A stretch of DNA of 64,000 bases. Source: Macrostomum lignano. Lineage: Eukaryota. Under the pieces are notes generated by a model. The model worked only from the letters and a program-made list of their open reading frames with translations. It did not search any database and had not been told where the DNA came from. The stretch spans positions 62,001 through 126,000 of the forward strand of contig NIVC01002144.1 of the NCBI GenBank assembly GCA_002269645.1. Direction: 5' to 3'. The number at the start of each line of letters is the position of its first letter. Positions within the stretch are counted from its first letter, which is position 1. Shown here in pieces: positions 26,501-38,790 of this stretch. Both the position numbers and the translations under genes were made by a program.

Positions 26501-29500
26501 ACAGCGGCGACGAAGCGTCGGAGGCCGAGCAGGCGGCCCGTACGGCGGCCGCCGCTGCCGCAGGGGCCCCGGCGCAGGCATTCGTCGAGCCGGAATCGTT
26601 GCGCAATCTGATGCGCTCGATGCCTGCGGATTCGCTGGGCGACAAGCTGAGGCGAATGGAGTCTCCTGATGTTGAAGCCGCCGATGCCGATGTCGATGGA
26701 GCGAGTAAGAATCCGCGTGCGACTGAGGCTGCCAAGGCGGCGGCTTCGCAGGATGCCAGCCCGGCGCGTCAGGCTCTGCTGTCGGCTGGTGGCGACTGTA
26801 AGGATTGGAGCGATGGAAGCATGAGCACAGTTTGGGGGAGAGAGCAGTAGAGCGAGGAAATGGTGAAGATGGGGATAGGGAGACAGTGGGAGGGAGTGGT
26901 AGGGGAGGAAGAGTGGGAGATGCAGAGCGAGAGAGGGGGTGTGGGTGAGAGTGAAATAGGGAGAGGGAGAGAGGAATAGGGAGAGTGAGAGTGGAAGAGG
27001 GCGAGGCAGAGAGGAAGAGGGAGAAGGAAAGTGGAAGAGGGAGAGGGGAGAAGGGGAGTGGAAGAGGGAGAGGGGAGAAGGGGAGTGGAAGAGCGAGAGG
27101 GGAAAAGGAAAGTGGAAGAGGGAGAGGGGAAAAGGAAAGTGGAAGAGGGAGAGGGGAAAAGGAAAGTGGAAGAGGGAGAGGGGAAAAGGAAAGTGGAAGA
27201 GGGAGAGGGGAAAAGGAAAGTGGAAGAGGGAGAGGGGAGAAGGGGAGTGGAAGAGGGAAAGGGGAAAAGGAAAGTGGAAGAGGGAGAGGGGAGAAGGGGA
27301 GTGGAAGAGGGAGAAAGGAAAAGGAAAGTGGCAGAGGGAGAGGGCAGAAGGAGAGTGGAAGAGGGAGAGGGGAAAAGGGGTATGGAAGAGGGAGAGCGAG
27401 GGGGAGAAGGGGAGTGGAAGAGGGAGAGGGGAGAAGGGGAGTGGAAGAGGGAGAGGGGAAAAGGGGTATGGAAGAGGGAGAGCGAGGGGGAGAAGGGGAG
27501 TGGAAGAGGGAGAGGGGAGAAGGGGAGTGGAAGAGGGAGAGGGGAGAAGGAAAGTGGCAGAGGGAGAGGGGAGAAAGGGTATGGAAGAGGGAGAGCGAGG
27601 GGGAGAAGGGGAGTGGAAGAGGGAGAGGGGGAGAAGGGGAGTGGCAGAGGGAGATGAGAGAAGGAGAATGGGAGAGACGGAGCGAGAGAGAGGCTAAGAG
27701 TGACAGTGGGAGAGTTAGTGTGTGAGTAAATAGAAGGGAACTGGGGAGGTTGTGAGCACTGAGCAGGGACAATGTGAGACAGAGAGCACAGATTAGAAAT
27801 CGTGAGCTTACATGTAAATCGGACAGTACACAGACTGCGCCATCTCCTTCCTCCAGCAGCCGCCCAGCAGCAGCAGCAGCAGCAGAAGCAAGCACCTGTT
27901 CTCCACTATCACCTGGAAGACCCCAACAGGCGAGTTCGCAATTACACTTACCGATCCGGTGTGCAAACTTATGGCCACGCTCCGCCTCAGCCTCCGGTGA
28001 TGCAGCAGCAGCAGCAGCAGCACGATCGCCTACCCTATCGAATGTGTGTATCCGAGTTCTTCAGCGCTCCCATCACTCGCTACTGGCTGCATTTGATGTC
28101 GTACGCTTTCTTCATCGCCTCGTTTCTGTCCTACGCTCTGGTGGCGCTGCCGCAGAAGCGGCTGCTGTGGCAGGAGGTCGTCGTGTTCGCCTACGTGGCC
28201 TCCTACGCGGCCGACAAAGTCAGGGAGGTGGCTTTCAGCGGCGGTCGGAATTTCAAAACTAACCTGACTGTTCACCTGTCCGACGCTTGGAATGTCTTTG
28301 ATCTGTGCGTCTGCGCGGTGTCCGCTGTTGGCATAGCAACCAGGTTGGCTTCTCTGTGGTGCTGTGTCTACGGCCCCGCTGTTGAGTTCGACTTCTATGC
28401 CAACTACAGCCGGTTGCTGGGCCCTGCGGATGACCCGACTGAGCTGGCTGACTTTGCCGTGCAGTTTTATTTGTTCTTCTGCTCCCAGAATATCATGGTG
28501 CTGGCGCTGGGACTCTGGCTGCTGCGCGTGTTCGAAGTGCTGATCAATTGGAAACACCTGGGACCGTATCTGTACATGGTGGCCAGCATGATGGGCAAGA
28601 TGCTGCCGCCCGTGAGTGACTGCTGGCCTGACTGGCTATTCCACACCCTATCCGTCTCTTCTCCACACCCTACCGACTCTACTCTACATCCTACCGACTC
28701 TGCTCCACACCCTACCGACTCTGCTCCACATCCTACCGACTCTGCTCCACATCTTACCGACTCTGCTCCACATCCTACCGACTCTGCTCCACATCCTACC
28801 GACTCTGCTCCACACCCTACCGACTCTGCTCCACACCCTACCGACTCTGCTCCACATCCTACCGACTCTGCTCCACACCTTACCCGACTCTACTCTACAC
28901 CCTACCGACGACTCTACTCCACACCCTACCGACTCTGCTCCACACACTACCGACTCTACTCCACACCCTACCAACTCTACTCTACACCCGCCCTGCTCCG
29001 CCCTACACCGACTCTGCTCCACACCTTACCCGACTCTACTCTACACCCTACCGACTCTACTCTACACACTACCGACTCTGCTCCACACCCTACCGACTCT
29101 ACTCCACACCCTACCGACTCTACGTACTCCACACCCTACCGACTCTGCTCCACACCCTACCCGACTCTGCTCCACACCCTACCGACTCTGCTCCACACCC
29201 TACCGACTCTACTCCACGCCCTACCGACTCTGCTCCACACCCTACCGACTCTGCTCCACACCCTACCAGACTCTACTCCACACCCTACCGACTCTGCTCC
29301 ACACCCTACCGACTCTGCTCCACACCCTACCGACTCTGCTCCACACACTACCGACTCTACTCCACACCCTACCAACTCTACTCTACACCCGCCCTGCTCC
29401 GCCCTACACCGACTCTGCTCCACACCTTACCCGACTCTACTCTACACACTACCGACTCTGCTCCACACCCTACCGACTCTACTCCACACCCTACCGACTC

Positions 29501-32500
29501 TACGTACTCCACACCCTACCGACTCTGCTCCACACCCTACCCGACTCTGCTCCACACCCTACCGACTCTGCTCCACACCCTACCGACTCTACTCCACGCC
29601 CTACCGACTCTGCTCCACACCCTACCGACTCTGCTCCACACCCTACCCGACTCTACTCCACACCCTACCGACTCTGCTCCACACCCTACCGACTCTGCTC
29701 CACACCCTACCGACTCTACTCCACGCCCTACCGACTCTGCTCCACACCCTACCGACTCTACTCCACACCCTACCGACTCTGCTCCACACCCTACCCGACT
29801 CTACTCCATGCCCTACCGACTCTGCTCCACACCCTACCGACTCTACTCTACACCCAACCGACTCTGCTCCACACCCTACCCGACTCTACTCCACACTCTA
29901 CCCGACTCTACTCCACACCCTACCGACTCTACTCCACACCCTACCGACTCTGCTCCACACCCTACCCGACTCTGCTCCACATCCTACCCGACTCTACTCC
30001 ACGCCTTACCGACTCTACTCAACAATCTACCCGACTCTACTCCCCAGTCTGCCCGACTCTACTCAACACCCTACAGACTAAACACCATTTGCGACTATAT
30101 TTCTGATTGAACTTGCCCGCTTCCTACAGATAGTAATCATCTTTGTCCCGCTGTGTGCTTTCGGCATCATTCGTCAGGGCATCCAGTATCCTGGCCATGA
30201 CCGGTTCAACATCACTGTTGTCAAGGGCATCTTGCTCAAGCCCTACTTTATGCTCTACGGCGAGGTCTACGCCGACGAGATTGACCCGGACGACTGGTCC
30301 GGCCTGGAGAGCCTCATGCCTCTGCGCTCCATCGTGCCAATATCTATGGTAATATTCCTCCTGGTAACCGTGATTGTCTGCATCAGCATCATCATCGCCG
30401 TATTCAACGACATCTATCACGAGGTGCACGAGAAGTCTAAGCAGGTGTACAAATATCTCAGATTCTCCATCATTATTGAGTACGAGTCCATGCCCGTGTT
30501 CCCGCCGCCGTTCTCTCTGTTCTCTTGGCTGTACCTGCTGGGCAGGTGGCTTCATCGGAGGCTGACGCGAAAAGAGGAAGACGAAGGTGAGATTATATGA
30601 GAGTAGATTAGCAATCCATTTTGGTTATTTAGTTATTGACTAGATTAGCAATCCATTTGGGTTATTTAGTTATTGACTAGATTAGCAATCCATTTTGGTT
30701 ATTTAGTTATTGACTAGATTAGCAATCCATTTTGGTTATTTAGTTATTGACTAGATCAGCAATCCATTTCGATTTTTTAGTTATTGGCTAGATTAGCAAT
30801 CCATTTTGCCTATTTAGTTATTGACTAGATTAGCAATCCATTTTGGTTATTTAGTTATTGGCTAGATTAGCAATCCATTTTGGTTATTTAGTTATTGACT
30901 AGATTAGTAATCCACTTTGGTATTTAGTTATTGACTAGATTAGCAATCCATTTTGGTTATTTAGTTATTGACTAGATTAGCAATCCATTTTGGTTATTTA
31001 GTTATTGGCTAGATTAGCAATCCATTTTGGTTATTTAGTTATTGACTAGATTAGTAATCCAATTTAGTATTTAGTTATTGACTAGATTAGCAATCCATTT
31101 TGGTTATTTAGTTATTGACTAGATTAGCAATCCATTTTGGTTATTTAGTTATTGGCTAGATTAGCAATCCATTTTGGTTATTTAGTTATTGGCTAGATTA
31201 GCAATCCATTTTGGTTATTTAGTTATTGACTAGACTAGCAATCCATTTTGGTTATTTAGTTATTGACTAGACTAGCAATCCATTTTGGTTATTTAGTTAT
31301 TGACTAGACTAGCAATCCATTTTGGTTATTTAGTTATCGACTAGATTAGCAATCCCTTTTGGTTATTTACTTATTGACTAGATTAGCAATCCATTTTGAT
31401 TATTTAGTTATTGACTAGATTAGCAATCCATTTTGATTATTTAGTTATTGACTAGATTAGCAATCCATTTTGATTATTTAGTTATTGACTAGATTAGCAA
31501 TCCATTTTGGTTATTTAGTTATTGACTAGACTAGCAATCCATTTTGCCTAATTAGTTATTGACTAGATTAGCAATCCATTTTGCCTAATTAGTTATTGAC
31601 TAGACTAGCAATCCATTTTGCCTAATTAGTTATTGACTAGATTAGCAATCTATTTTGATTATTTCATTATTGGGTAGACTAGCAATCCATTTCGATTTTG
31701 TACATGTTGGCTAGACTAGCAATCTACCGAATCCCCCAAAAATTCCCCCAGACGAATTCCCGGACTCGAGCGGCATCGAGGACGGCCGGGTGATCACCTC
31801 GCTGAAGCTGTTCCTCCGGCCTGAGGAGGCGGCCGCCTTGCAGAGTTTTGAGTCGCAGTGCGTGCAGGACCTCCTGCTCATTCGGACTCGACTCGAACGC
31901 GGCCGCAGTCCCGGCCAGTTGTCCGAATTGTCCGACCGCCAGCTGACGGACGATGCAGCACCACCGGCGCCAACGCCCGAAACTGCATCAGCGGCGGCAG
32001 CGGCAGCGGCGGCGGACGCGGCCACCCGCGTCAACGACCTGACGCAGCGGCACCTTCTGGCAGCTGTGGAGCGACGAATCGCTGCCGCGGAGGCTGCCGC
32101 CGCAGCCGCGGCCGAAGCGGCCACCGCCGCTGCCGCTGCCGTAGCCATGGTTGTCGGCAGCTCCGAGCAGCAGCCGCCGCCGCAACCGCAGCCGCCGACG
32201 CCGCAGACGGGCCAGGACTCTGGCGGCCAGTCTGCTCCACAGCAACAGCGACAGCCGAGCATCCGCCGACCGCTCAGGCGAGCCTCCTCGATTTCCGAGA
32301 CTCCACAGCAGCTGTCCGCGGCCGAGGCAGCTCCGTTGAACATCCTGCTGGGCCTCCGGCCGCCTCCCGACTGCGGCTACACCAGCATCTGCGACGCTAT
32401 CGACATCGGGCCGACTCTGGCCACCGCTGCTGCCACCGACGCATCCGAGGTCTCCGTGGCTTCGCCGCCGCGGCCGTCTCCGCTACGACGACTGGACGCC

Positions 32501-32980
32501 ACGTTGCGAGACGCCGAGGAGCGAGAGCGCTCCGTGCTGGGCAGCGCGCTGCGTCGAAGACTTCGCCAGTTCAGCATCACCGGCGAGTTGCCCGAAGGTG
32601 TCGGTGAAGGCAGCGCCGCCGCCTATGACACCGTTGGCAACGAAGCTGAGGATGGCGACGGCCGAGAGGGCGATGACGGTGACACTGGGGAGGCCGATGA
32701 GAAGGCCTCGCTGCAGGACATCATGGAGGTGGCCCTCGAACGTCTCGTTGACGCCGAGTTGCGCGACTGCGGCGTAGACCAGCTGCAGCAGCTTCGGCTG
32801 CAGGAGTTCGACGACGAGGAAGACGATGACGGCGGAGTTGGAGACGAAGGCGGCTACGAGGACGCCATGGCGATGATGGCGGCCGGCGGCGGCCCGAGCA
32901 GCTTCGACTTAAGCGGCGATCCGGCGGCCTGCCCGTCCGTGGACGTCCCAGATGAGGCGGATGAGGAGACTGGGGTGTGA
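17468..32980 (+). CDS. TRPM: TRPM-family cation channel, 10 exons, 1746 aa, no kinase or NUDIX tail
   Basis: Exons 17468-17856, 18233-18506, 19279-19698, 22222-22687, 23946-24146, 25118-25673, 26304-26797, 27857-28611, 30130-30586, 31752-32980. All GT-AG with matching phases, total 5241 nt. Motifs KRECVRF, CQCG, TDAYG, YIRV, VLSVHGG, AIGIAPWG, HSYFLLVDDG, LMTWAVL, LGPY and PYFMLYGEVYADEID. Confidence 0.95.
17935..18180. repeat. 22-bp repeat, TRPM intron 1
   Basis: GAGTCTCTAAAGACACTTGTGT. Confidence 0.88.
18620..19110. repeat. 22-bp repeat, TRPM intron 2
   Basis: GATAGGGTCAGAGATGGGTCAA. Confidence 0.9.
19751..19971 (-). mobile_element. Diverged, truncated copy of the tRNA-derived SINE, TRPM intron 3
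   Basis: Perfect B box GGTTCGATTCC (19956-19966, - strand). Colinear similarity to 63160-63420, e.g. CCATTCC(A/G)CTGACTCC, GGCAC(G/A)CACTCACACAGG and ATGTACACTT. Confidence 0.7.
20070..20535. repeat. (CT)n microsatellite
   Basis: Long interrupted CT dinucleotide run. Confidence 0.98.
21165..22060. repeat. 21-bp minisatellite with short variant units, TRPM intron 3
   Basis: GCTGTGTCTGTGCATCTCAGT. Confidence 0.95.
22735..23760. repeat. 30-bp minisatellite, TRPM intron 4
   Basis: CTAATTTGGTGT(C/T)ATTATGAGG(T/C)CATGA(C/T)C, about 34 copies. Confidence 0.97.
24190..25075. repeat. 22-23-bp minisatellite with a 165-bp higher-order period, TRPM intron 5
   Basis: GAGTGACCTGTATCCCTAATCCA; a variant block recurs at 24331, 24496 and 24661. 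Confidence 0.93.
25680..26270. repeat. 12-bp repeat, TRPM intron 6
   Basis: CTACCTGCCTAT. Confidence 0.95.
26900..27700. repeat. Purine-rich 27-bp repeat, TRPM intron 7
   Basis: GAAGAGGGAGAGGGGAAAAGGAAAGTG. Confidence 0.92.
28640..30060. repeat. 21/22-bp minisatellite, TRPM intron 8
   Basis: CCCTACCGACTCTGCTCCACA. Confidence 0.96.
30603..31720. repeat. 37-bp minisatellite, TRPM intron 9
   Basis: GACTAGATTAGCAATCCATTTTGGTTATTTAGTTATT, about 30 copies. Confidence 0.97.
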
Positions 32981-33690
32981 GAGTAGAGAGCGGATTGACG
33001 GGAGTAGAGAGCGGATTGATGAGAGTAGAGTGCGGATTAAAGAGAGTAGAGTGCGGATTAAAGAGAGTAGAGTGCTGATTAAAAGAGTAGAGTGCGGATT
33101 AAAGAGAGTAGAGTGCGGATTAAAGAGAGTAGAGTGCGGATTAAAGAGAGTAGAGTGCGGATTATAGAGAGTAGAGTGCTGATTAAAAGAGTAGAGAGCG
33201 GATTGACGGCAGTAGAGAGCGGATTGATGAGAGTACAGAGCGGATTGAGTAGAGGAGAGAGCGGATTAAAGAGAGTAGAGTGCGGATTAAAGAGAGTAGA
33301 GTGCGGATTAAAGAGAGTAGAGAGCGGATTAAAGAGAGTAGAGTGTGGATTAAAGAGAGTAGAGTGCGGATTAAAGAGAGTAGAGTGCGGATTAAAGAGA
33401 GTAGAGTGCGGATTAAAGAGAGTAGAGAGCGGATTAAAGAGAGTAGAGTGTGGATTAAAGAGAGTAGAGAGCGGATTAAAGAGAGTAGAGTGTGGATTAA
33501 AGAGAGTAGAGTGCGGATTAAAGAGAGTAGAGTGTGGATTAAAGAGAGTAGAGAGCGGATTAAAGAGAGTAGAGTGTGGATTAAAGAGAGTAGAGTGCGG
33601 ATTAAAGAGAGTAGAGTGCTGATTAAAAGAGTAGAGAGCGGATTAAAGAAAGTGGAGAGCAGATTGACGGGAGTAGAGAGCGGATTAAAG
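32981..33690. repeat. 21-bp minisatellite starting at the TRPM stop codon
   Basis: GAGAGTAGAGTGCGGATTAAA. Confidence 0.96.
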
Positions 33691-34394
33691 TGAGTGTATA
33701 GAGCTTATCTATGAAGGTAGTACGCGGTTAACCAAGAGTAACTTAATTAAAGCTTCTTGGTTAATCGGCTTCTCTTAAGGCTAACATTTTTTGCGTAAAT
33801 GTCTATCTGAAAATGGTTAGTCATCGCAGTATTCTCATTCGTATTGCTTATCAGTAATTAGAAGGTTATTTTCCTAGTACAATATTGTCACCATAAAGTA
33901 CACAGCTGATAACTTAGCGATTAGATAATCAATTATTTTCTGATAGGCTCACTCAGTCACGAGTTCTTTAACACTGTTGCGGGCGAAAACCTACTGACAC
34001 ATCATAAATTGCGTTTTGCGAAACGAATTCTGCCAATTAGTAACGATAATGCTCGATTTTGTTGGTTTTTACACTGCCTTTTTGTAAATAGTCGAGAACT
34101 TTTTGGTAGCTAATAGTGTTTGTTGACAATAAGATAAGTATTTTTTAACTTTATCTGACCATTTTGAAGGCCTTAATTACCTACTTTAGCCATAACAGGC
34201 ATTCTCACTTAACTTTCAGGGCCCAGGGCATCAGAACTTTTTTAATATTGAATTTTTTAATATTTTTCTATTAAATTTAGTTGCTGTATATACGTTTTTT
34301 TTCATTTTTCAAGGCTTCATTTTGCATGCCATTTGGCGCAGAAATAATCATGACTAAATAGCTTAGGTGTACGAGGCTCGATTTGCAATTCACC

Positions 34395-34874
34395 TCAATG
34401 TACACTCACTCTCTCCGCCAGCCAGCCAGCCCTGATTTCAATTCAACCCCTCTCGCCCGATGTACACCCACCCCCTCCGCCAGCCAGCCAGCCCCGATTT
34501 CAATTCAAGCCCCTCACCAAATGTACACTCACTCTCTCCGCCAGCCAGCCAGCCCTGATTTCAATTCAACCCCTCTCGCCCGATGAACACCCACCCCCTC
34601 CGCCAGCCAGCCAGCCAGCCCCGATTTCAATTCAAGCCCCTCACCTAATGTACACTGACTCTCTCCGCCAGCCAGCCAGCCAGCCCCGAATTCAATTCAA
34701 GCCACTCACCAAATGTGACACTGACTCTCTCCGCCAGCCAGCCAGCCCCGATTTCAATTCAAGCCACTCACCAAATGTGACACTGACTCTCTCCGCCAGC
34801 CAGCCAGCCCCGATTTCAATTCAAGCCCCTCACCTAATGTACACTGACTCTCTCCGCCAGCCAGCCAGCCAGTT

Positions 34875-34938
<64 letters not shown>

Positions 34939-35030
34939 CCGATTTCTATTCAACCCCTCTCGCCCAATGTACACCCACCTCCTCCGCCAGACAACCAGTC
35001 CCGATTTCAATTCCACCAATGTACATTCAA
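34395..35030. repeat. About 61-62-bp repeat (A/B alternation) with a (CCAG)n core
   Basis: Units start at about 34397, 34459, 34520 and 34582; (CCAG)n expands at 34857-34937. Confidence 0.85.
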
Positions 35031-35659
35031 CTAGACCAGTTACTTTTTTTAATCGAACCATTTACAATGAAATCCTTTCGAATTTGCAGCAGATCTCGTT
35101 TTTTATTCAAATTTTTGCTTCTTTCTGATGATAATTTCACGGGAAAACCTTTTATAGGGTACGAAATTTTCCTTTTCCCCATAATCTAGATAGCAGTGCA
35201 TGGTTTTCATCAAGTATTCTTTATTTATGGCATGTACTCTATTATTTTGACACTTCCTTTTAATTTTAGTCTTCTTTTTGTTCCCGTGTTTTGTTATTCA
35301 AAATGTTCCACTGTTTTAACCAGTGCGTGAACTCAATTTTAAAGAGGCTGTAAATCTTTTTCTGGATAACTTGTATTGCATGCAAAATCTGCTTTGCACG
35401 ACTTAGTTTGGTGTAGCATCTCATTATCATTAAATTGCGTGTAATAGCTTTTATCCGCCCAAAATTGAATACACTGAAATATAAACTCTGTGGATTACTG
35501 TTTCTCCTTTTACGAGTTAGTGGTGACTTTTTTGAGATTTTCATTAATTCAATTTTTTGTTGCAAAGTTTTCAAACGTTACGTTACCTAAAGCATTATTA
35601 GAATTTCTGAAAAACAGTTTCTCGGAAAAAATTTACGGTTTCTGTGAAAATAAATAGAT

Positions 35660-36295
35660 GATTTCTTAGAATCCTAAATTAGGCGATTTCTTAGACACAA
35701 TAATGCACGATTTCTTAGAATTTCTTAGGACAAATTCTTAGAATCACAAGGTAGACGCTTTCTTAGAATGTCGAAAAAGCGATCGATTTCTTAGAATCAC
35801 ACAACCGACGATTATAAGAATCTAAAAATAGACGATTTCTTTCTTAGAATTCTAAAATGGATATTTTCCTAGAATCTCAAAAAAATTTAATTTTAAGATG
35901 AACAATTTCTTAGAATTCCAAATTAGAACACGGTTTCTTAGAAACCCAAAATGGACAGTTTCTTAGAATCTCACAATGGACAGTTTCTTAAAATCCCACA
36001 ATGGACAGTTTCTTAGAATACCACAATGGACAGTTTCTTAAAATCCCACAATGGACAGTTTCTTAGAATTCCAGAATGGACAGTTTCTTAGAATCCCAGA
36101 ATGGACAGTTTCTTAGAATTCCAGAATGGACAGTTTCTTAGAATTCCAGAATGGACAGTTTCTTAGAATTCCAGAATGGACAGTTTCTTAGAAACCCAAA
36201 ATGGACAGTTTCTTAGAATTCCAGAATGGACAGTTTCTTAGAACTCCAGAATGGACAGTTTCTTAGAATTCCACAATGCGCAACTTCTTAGAATC
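35660..36295. repeat. 25-bp minisatellite directly upstream of ALDH3
   Basis: GGACAGTTTCTTAGAATTCCAGAAT, more degenerate toward the left. Confidence 0.93.
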
Positions 36296-36339
36296 CCGAT
36301 TTGTCATTTTCTTCGAACTCGAACAACTCATGCGCTGCC

Positions 36340-38248
36340 ATGACTCAGTCCGCGTCCAACATTGTCGCCTCGTTGCGCTCAACTTTCGCCACCGGTCGCA
36401 CCCGATCGCTGGACTGGCGCCGCAGCCAGCTCAAGGCCCTGCACAACATGCTCAGCGAGCAGGAGGCCCGATTCCTTGAAGCTCTGTGGCGCGACCTGCG
36501 AAAGAGCAAGCAGGAGACCGCCGCGACAGAGCTGCTCATGGTCAAAGGCGAGATCGCCAAGCTGTCCAAGGAGCTGACGCATCTGGCCGCTCCTACTAAA
36601 CCGCCGAAGACGTTCATCAGCCGGATGGACGGCCTGGCCATTCAACCGCAGCCGCTGGGAGTCGCCCTGATCATCGGTGCCTGGAACTACCCGATCCAGC
36701 TGGTCCTGCTGCCACTGGCCGGAGCCATCGCCGCTGGCAACTGCGCCGTGGTGAAGCCGTCAGAGATTGCCGAAGCCTCGGCTGCTCTGCTAGCCGAGCT
36801 GCTGCCAAAATATCTCGACCAGGACTGCGTCCGTGTGGTGTGCGGCGGCGTCGAGGAGACCCAGCAGCTGCTTGAGCAGCGATTCGACACCATCTTCTAC
36901 ACTGGCAGCTCCCGGGTTGCCCGCATTGTGATGGCCGCAGCCAGCAAGCATCTGACTCCGGTCACCCTCGAGCTGGGCGGCAAGTCGCCCGTCTACGTGT
37001 CTCACGGTATCGATTTGGAACTGGTGAGTCAGCACCTGACCCATCCCTGACCTGACCCATCCCTGACCTGACCCATCCCTGACCTGACCCATCCCTGACC
37101 TGACCCATCCCTGACCTGACCCATCCCTGACTTGACCCACCTGACCCATCCCTGACTTGACCCAACTGACCCATGACTTAACCCACCTGACCCATCACTG
37201 ACCCAACCCTAACCCCAAACGTGACCCTACCCTGACTCAACCCTGACCCAGCACTGACCCAACTCTGCTCCTGTCCTGACTCAGCCCTGACCCAGCCACG
37301 ACCCAACCCTGACCCAACTCTGAACCAACCCTGACCCAAATCTGACCCTACCCTGACTCAACCCTGACCCAGCCCTGACGCAACCTTGACCCAGCTCTGA
37401 CCCAGCCCCGTGACTAAACCCAGACCCGACTCTGACCCAGCTCTGATTCAATTCGGACACAAGCCCGTGCCCACCACCGCCCGCAGGTGTCGCGCCGGCT
37501 GGCCTGGGGCAAGTTCATGAACGCCGGGCAGACGTGTATCGCCCCGGACTACGTGCTGTGCCCGCCCGACCTGATGCAGCCGCTGGCCGACGCCCTGGCC
37601 GCCAGGGTTATCGAATTCTTCGGCGAAAATCCGCGGGACAGCCCAGACTATGGCCGGATCGTGTCCGACCGGATGTTCGACCGACTGTCCGGCCTGCTGT
37701 CCGAGACCAAAGCCAAGCGAGTCGTCGGCGGCGACCCGGACAAAGCCGAGCGGTTCATCCCGCCCACCGTCTTCGTGGACGTGAAGCCGGACGACGCCCT
37801 GATGCGCGAGGAGCTGTTCGGCCCCATCCTGCCCATCCTGCCGGTCCGCGGCGGCGTCGACGAAGCCATCGAGCTGATCAACGCCGGGGAGAAGCCGCTG
37901 GCTCTCTACGCCTTCACCAACGATGCCAGCGTTCGCCGACGCTTCGAAGATTCAACCAGCAGCGGCGCCCTGGTGTTTAACGACGTCGTCATTCATGCCG
38001 GCATCGACACGCTGCCGTTTGGCGGCGTCGGCGAGTCCGGCATGGGCTGCTACCACGGCGTGTACACCTTCCAGGCGTTCTCGCATCGTCGCTCGGTGCT
38101 GTACAAGAACGCCAGCGCGATCTCCGAGGCTGTCAACTCTCGCTTCCGCTATCCGCCGTACAACGAATCTAAACTGGGCTGGATCAGCTGGGCTCTGAGC
38201 AGCAGCGTTAGCGACAAGGGCGGCTGGAATTCCTGCCAGCTGCTTTGA
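36340..38248 (+). CDS. ALDH3: Class 3 aldehyde dehydrogenase, ALDH3B-like, 481 aa, C-terminal CaaX (CQLL)
   Basis: Exons 36340-37023 and 37487-38248 (phase 0). Motifs GAWNYP, KPSE, FYTGS, LELGGKSP, NAGQTCIAPDY, EELFGP, KPLALY and PFGGVGESGMG. Confidence 0.96.
37033..37440. repeat. 16-bp repeat decaying rightwards, ALDH3 intron
   Basis: CTGACCTGACCCATCC. Confidence 0.9.
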
Positions 38249-38279
38249 AGGGCTGGAACTCCTGCCAGCTGCTTTGAAG
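38222..38279. repeat. 29-bp tandem duplication spanning the ALDH3 CaaX codons and stop
   Basis: GGCTGGAA(T/C)TCCTGCCAGCTGCTTTGAAG x2. Confidence 0.95.
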
Positions 38280-38364
38280 GGCTTTAACTGTCTTCTGCGG
38301 ACTTGAGACCGGGGAGTGAACTTGATTCTTTTAAATATTTTCGTTCCATCCAAAATTCTTGACT

Positions 38365-38790
38365 CGATTTGACCCCTGTCCTGATTTGACCCCTGTCCTG
38401 ATTTGACCCCTTGACCTGATTTAACCCCTGTCCTGATTTGAACCCTTGACCTGATTTGACCCCTGTTCTGATTTGACCCCTGACCTGACTTAACACCTGC
38501 CCTGATTTGACCCCTGACCTGATTTGACCCCTGTTCTGATTTGACCCCTGACCTGACTTAACACCTGCCCTGATTTGACCCCTGACCTGATTTGACCCCT
38601 GTCCTGATTTGACCCCTTGACCTGATTTGACCCCTTGACCTGATTTGACTCCTTGACCTGATTTGACCCCCGTCCTGATTTAACCCCTGACCTGATTTGA
38701 CCCCTGTCCTGAGTTGACACCTGTCCTGATTTGACCCCTGTCCTGAGTTGACACCTGTCCTGATTTGACCCCTGTCCTGATTTGTCCCCT
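38365..38790. repeat. 17-bp repeat in the ALDH3 3' region
   Basis: CTGATTTGACCCCTG(T/A)C. Confidence 0.92.

Noticed and set aside
31711-32607. Overlapping antisense and alternate-frame ORFs in the last TRPM exon (similar ones in ALDH3 and the retrotransposon)
   Set aside because: Expected shadow ORFs of GC-rich coding DNA.
20014-33693. Long ORFs such as 20014-20637, 21168-22190, 22738-23781, 26423-27895, 28616-30106 and 33092-33622
   Set aside because: They are translations of micro- or minisatellites lying in phase-consistent introns or past the stop codon.
35266-35574. 102-aa Lys-rich ORF
   Set aside because: AT-rich, with no motif or exon signals; likely chance or an unidentifiable relic.
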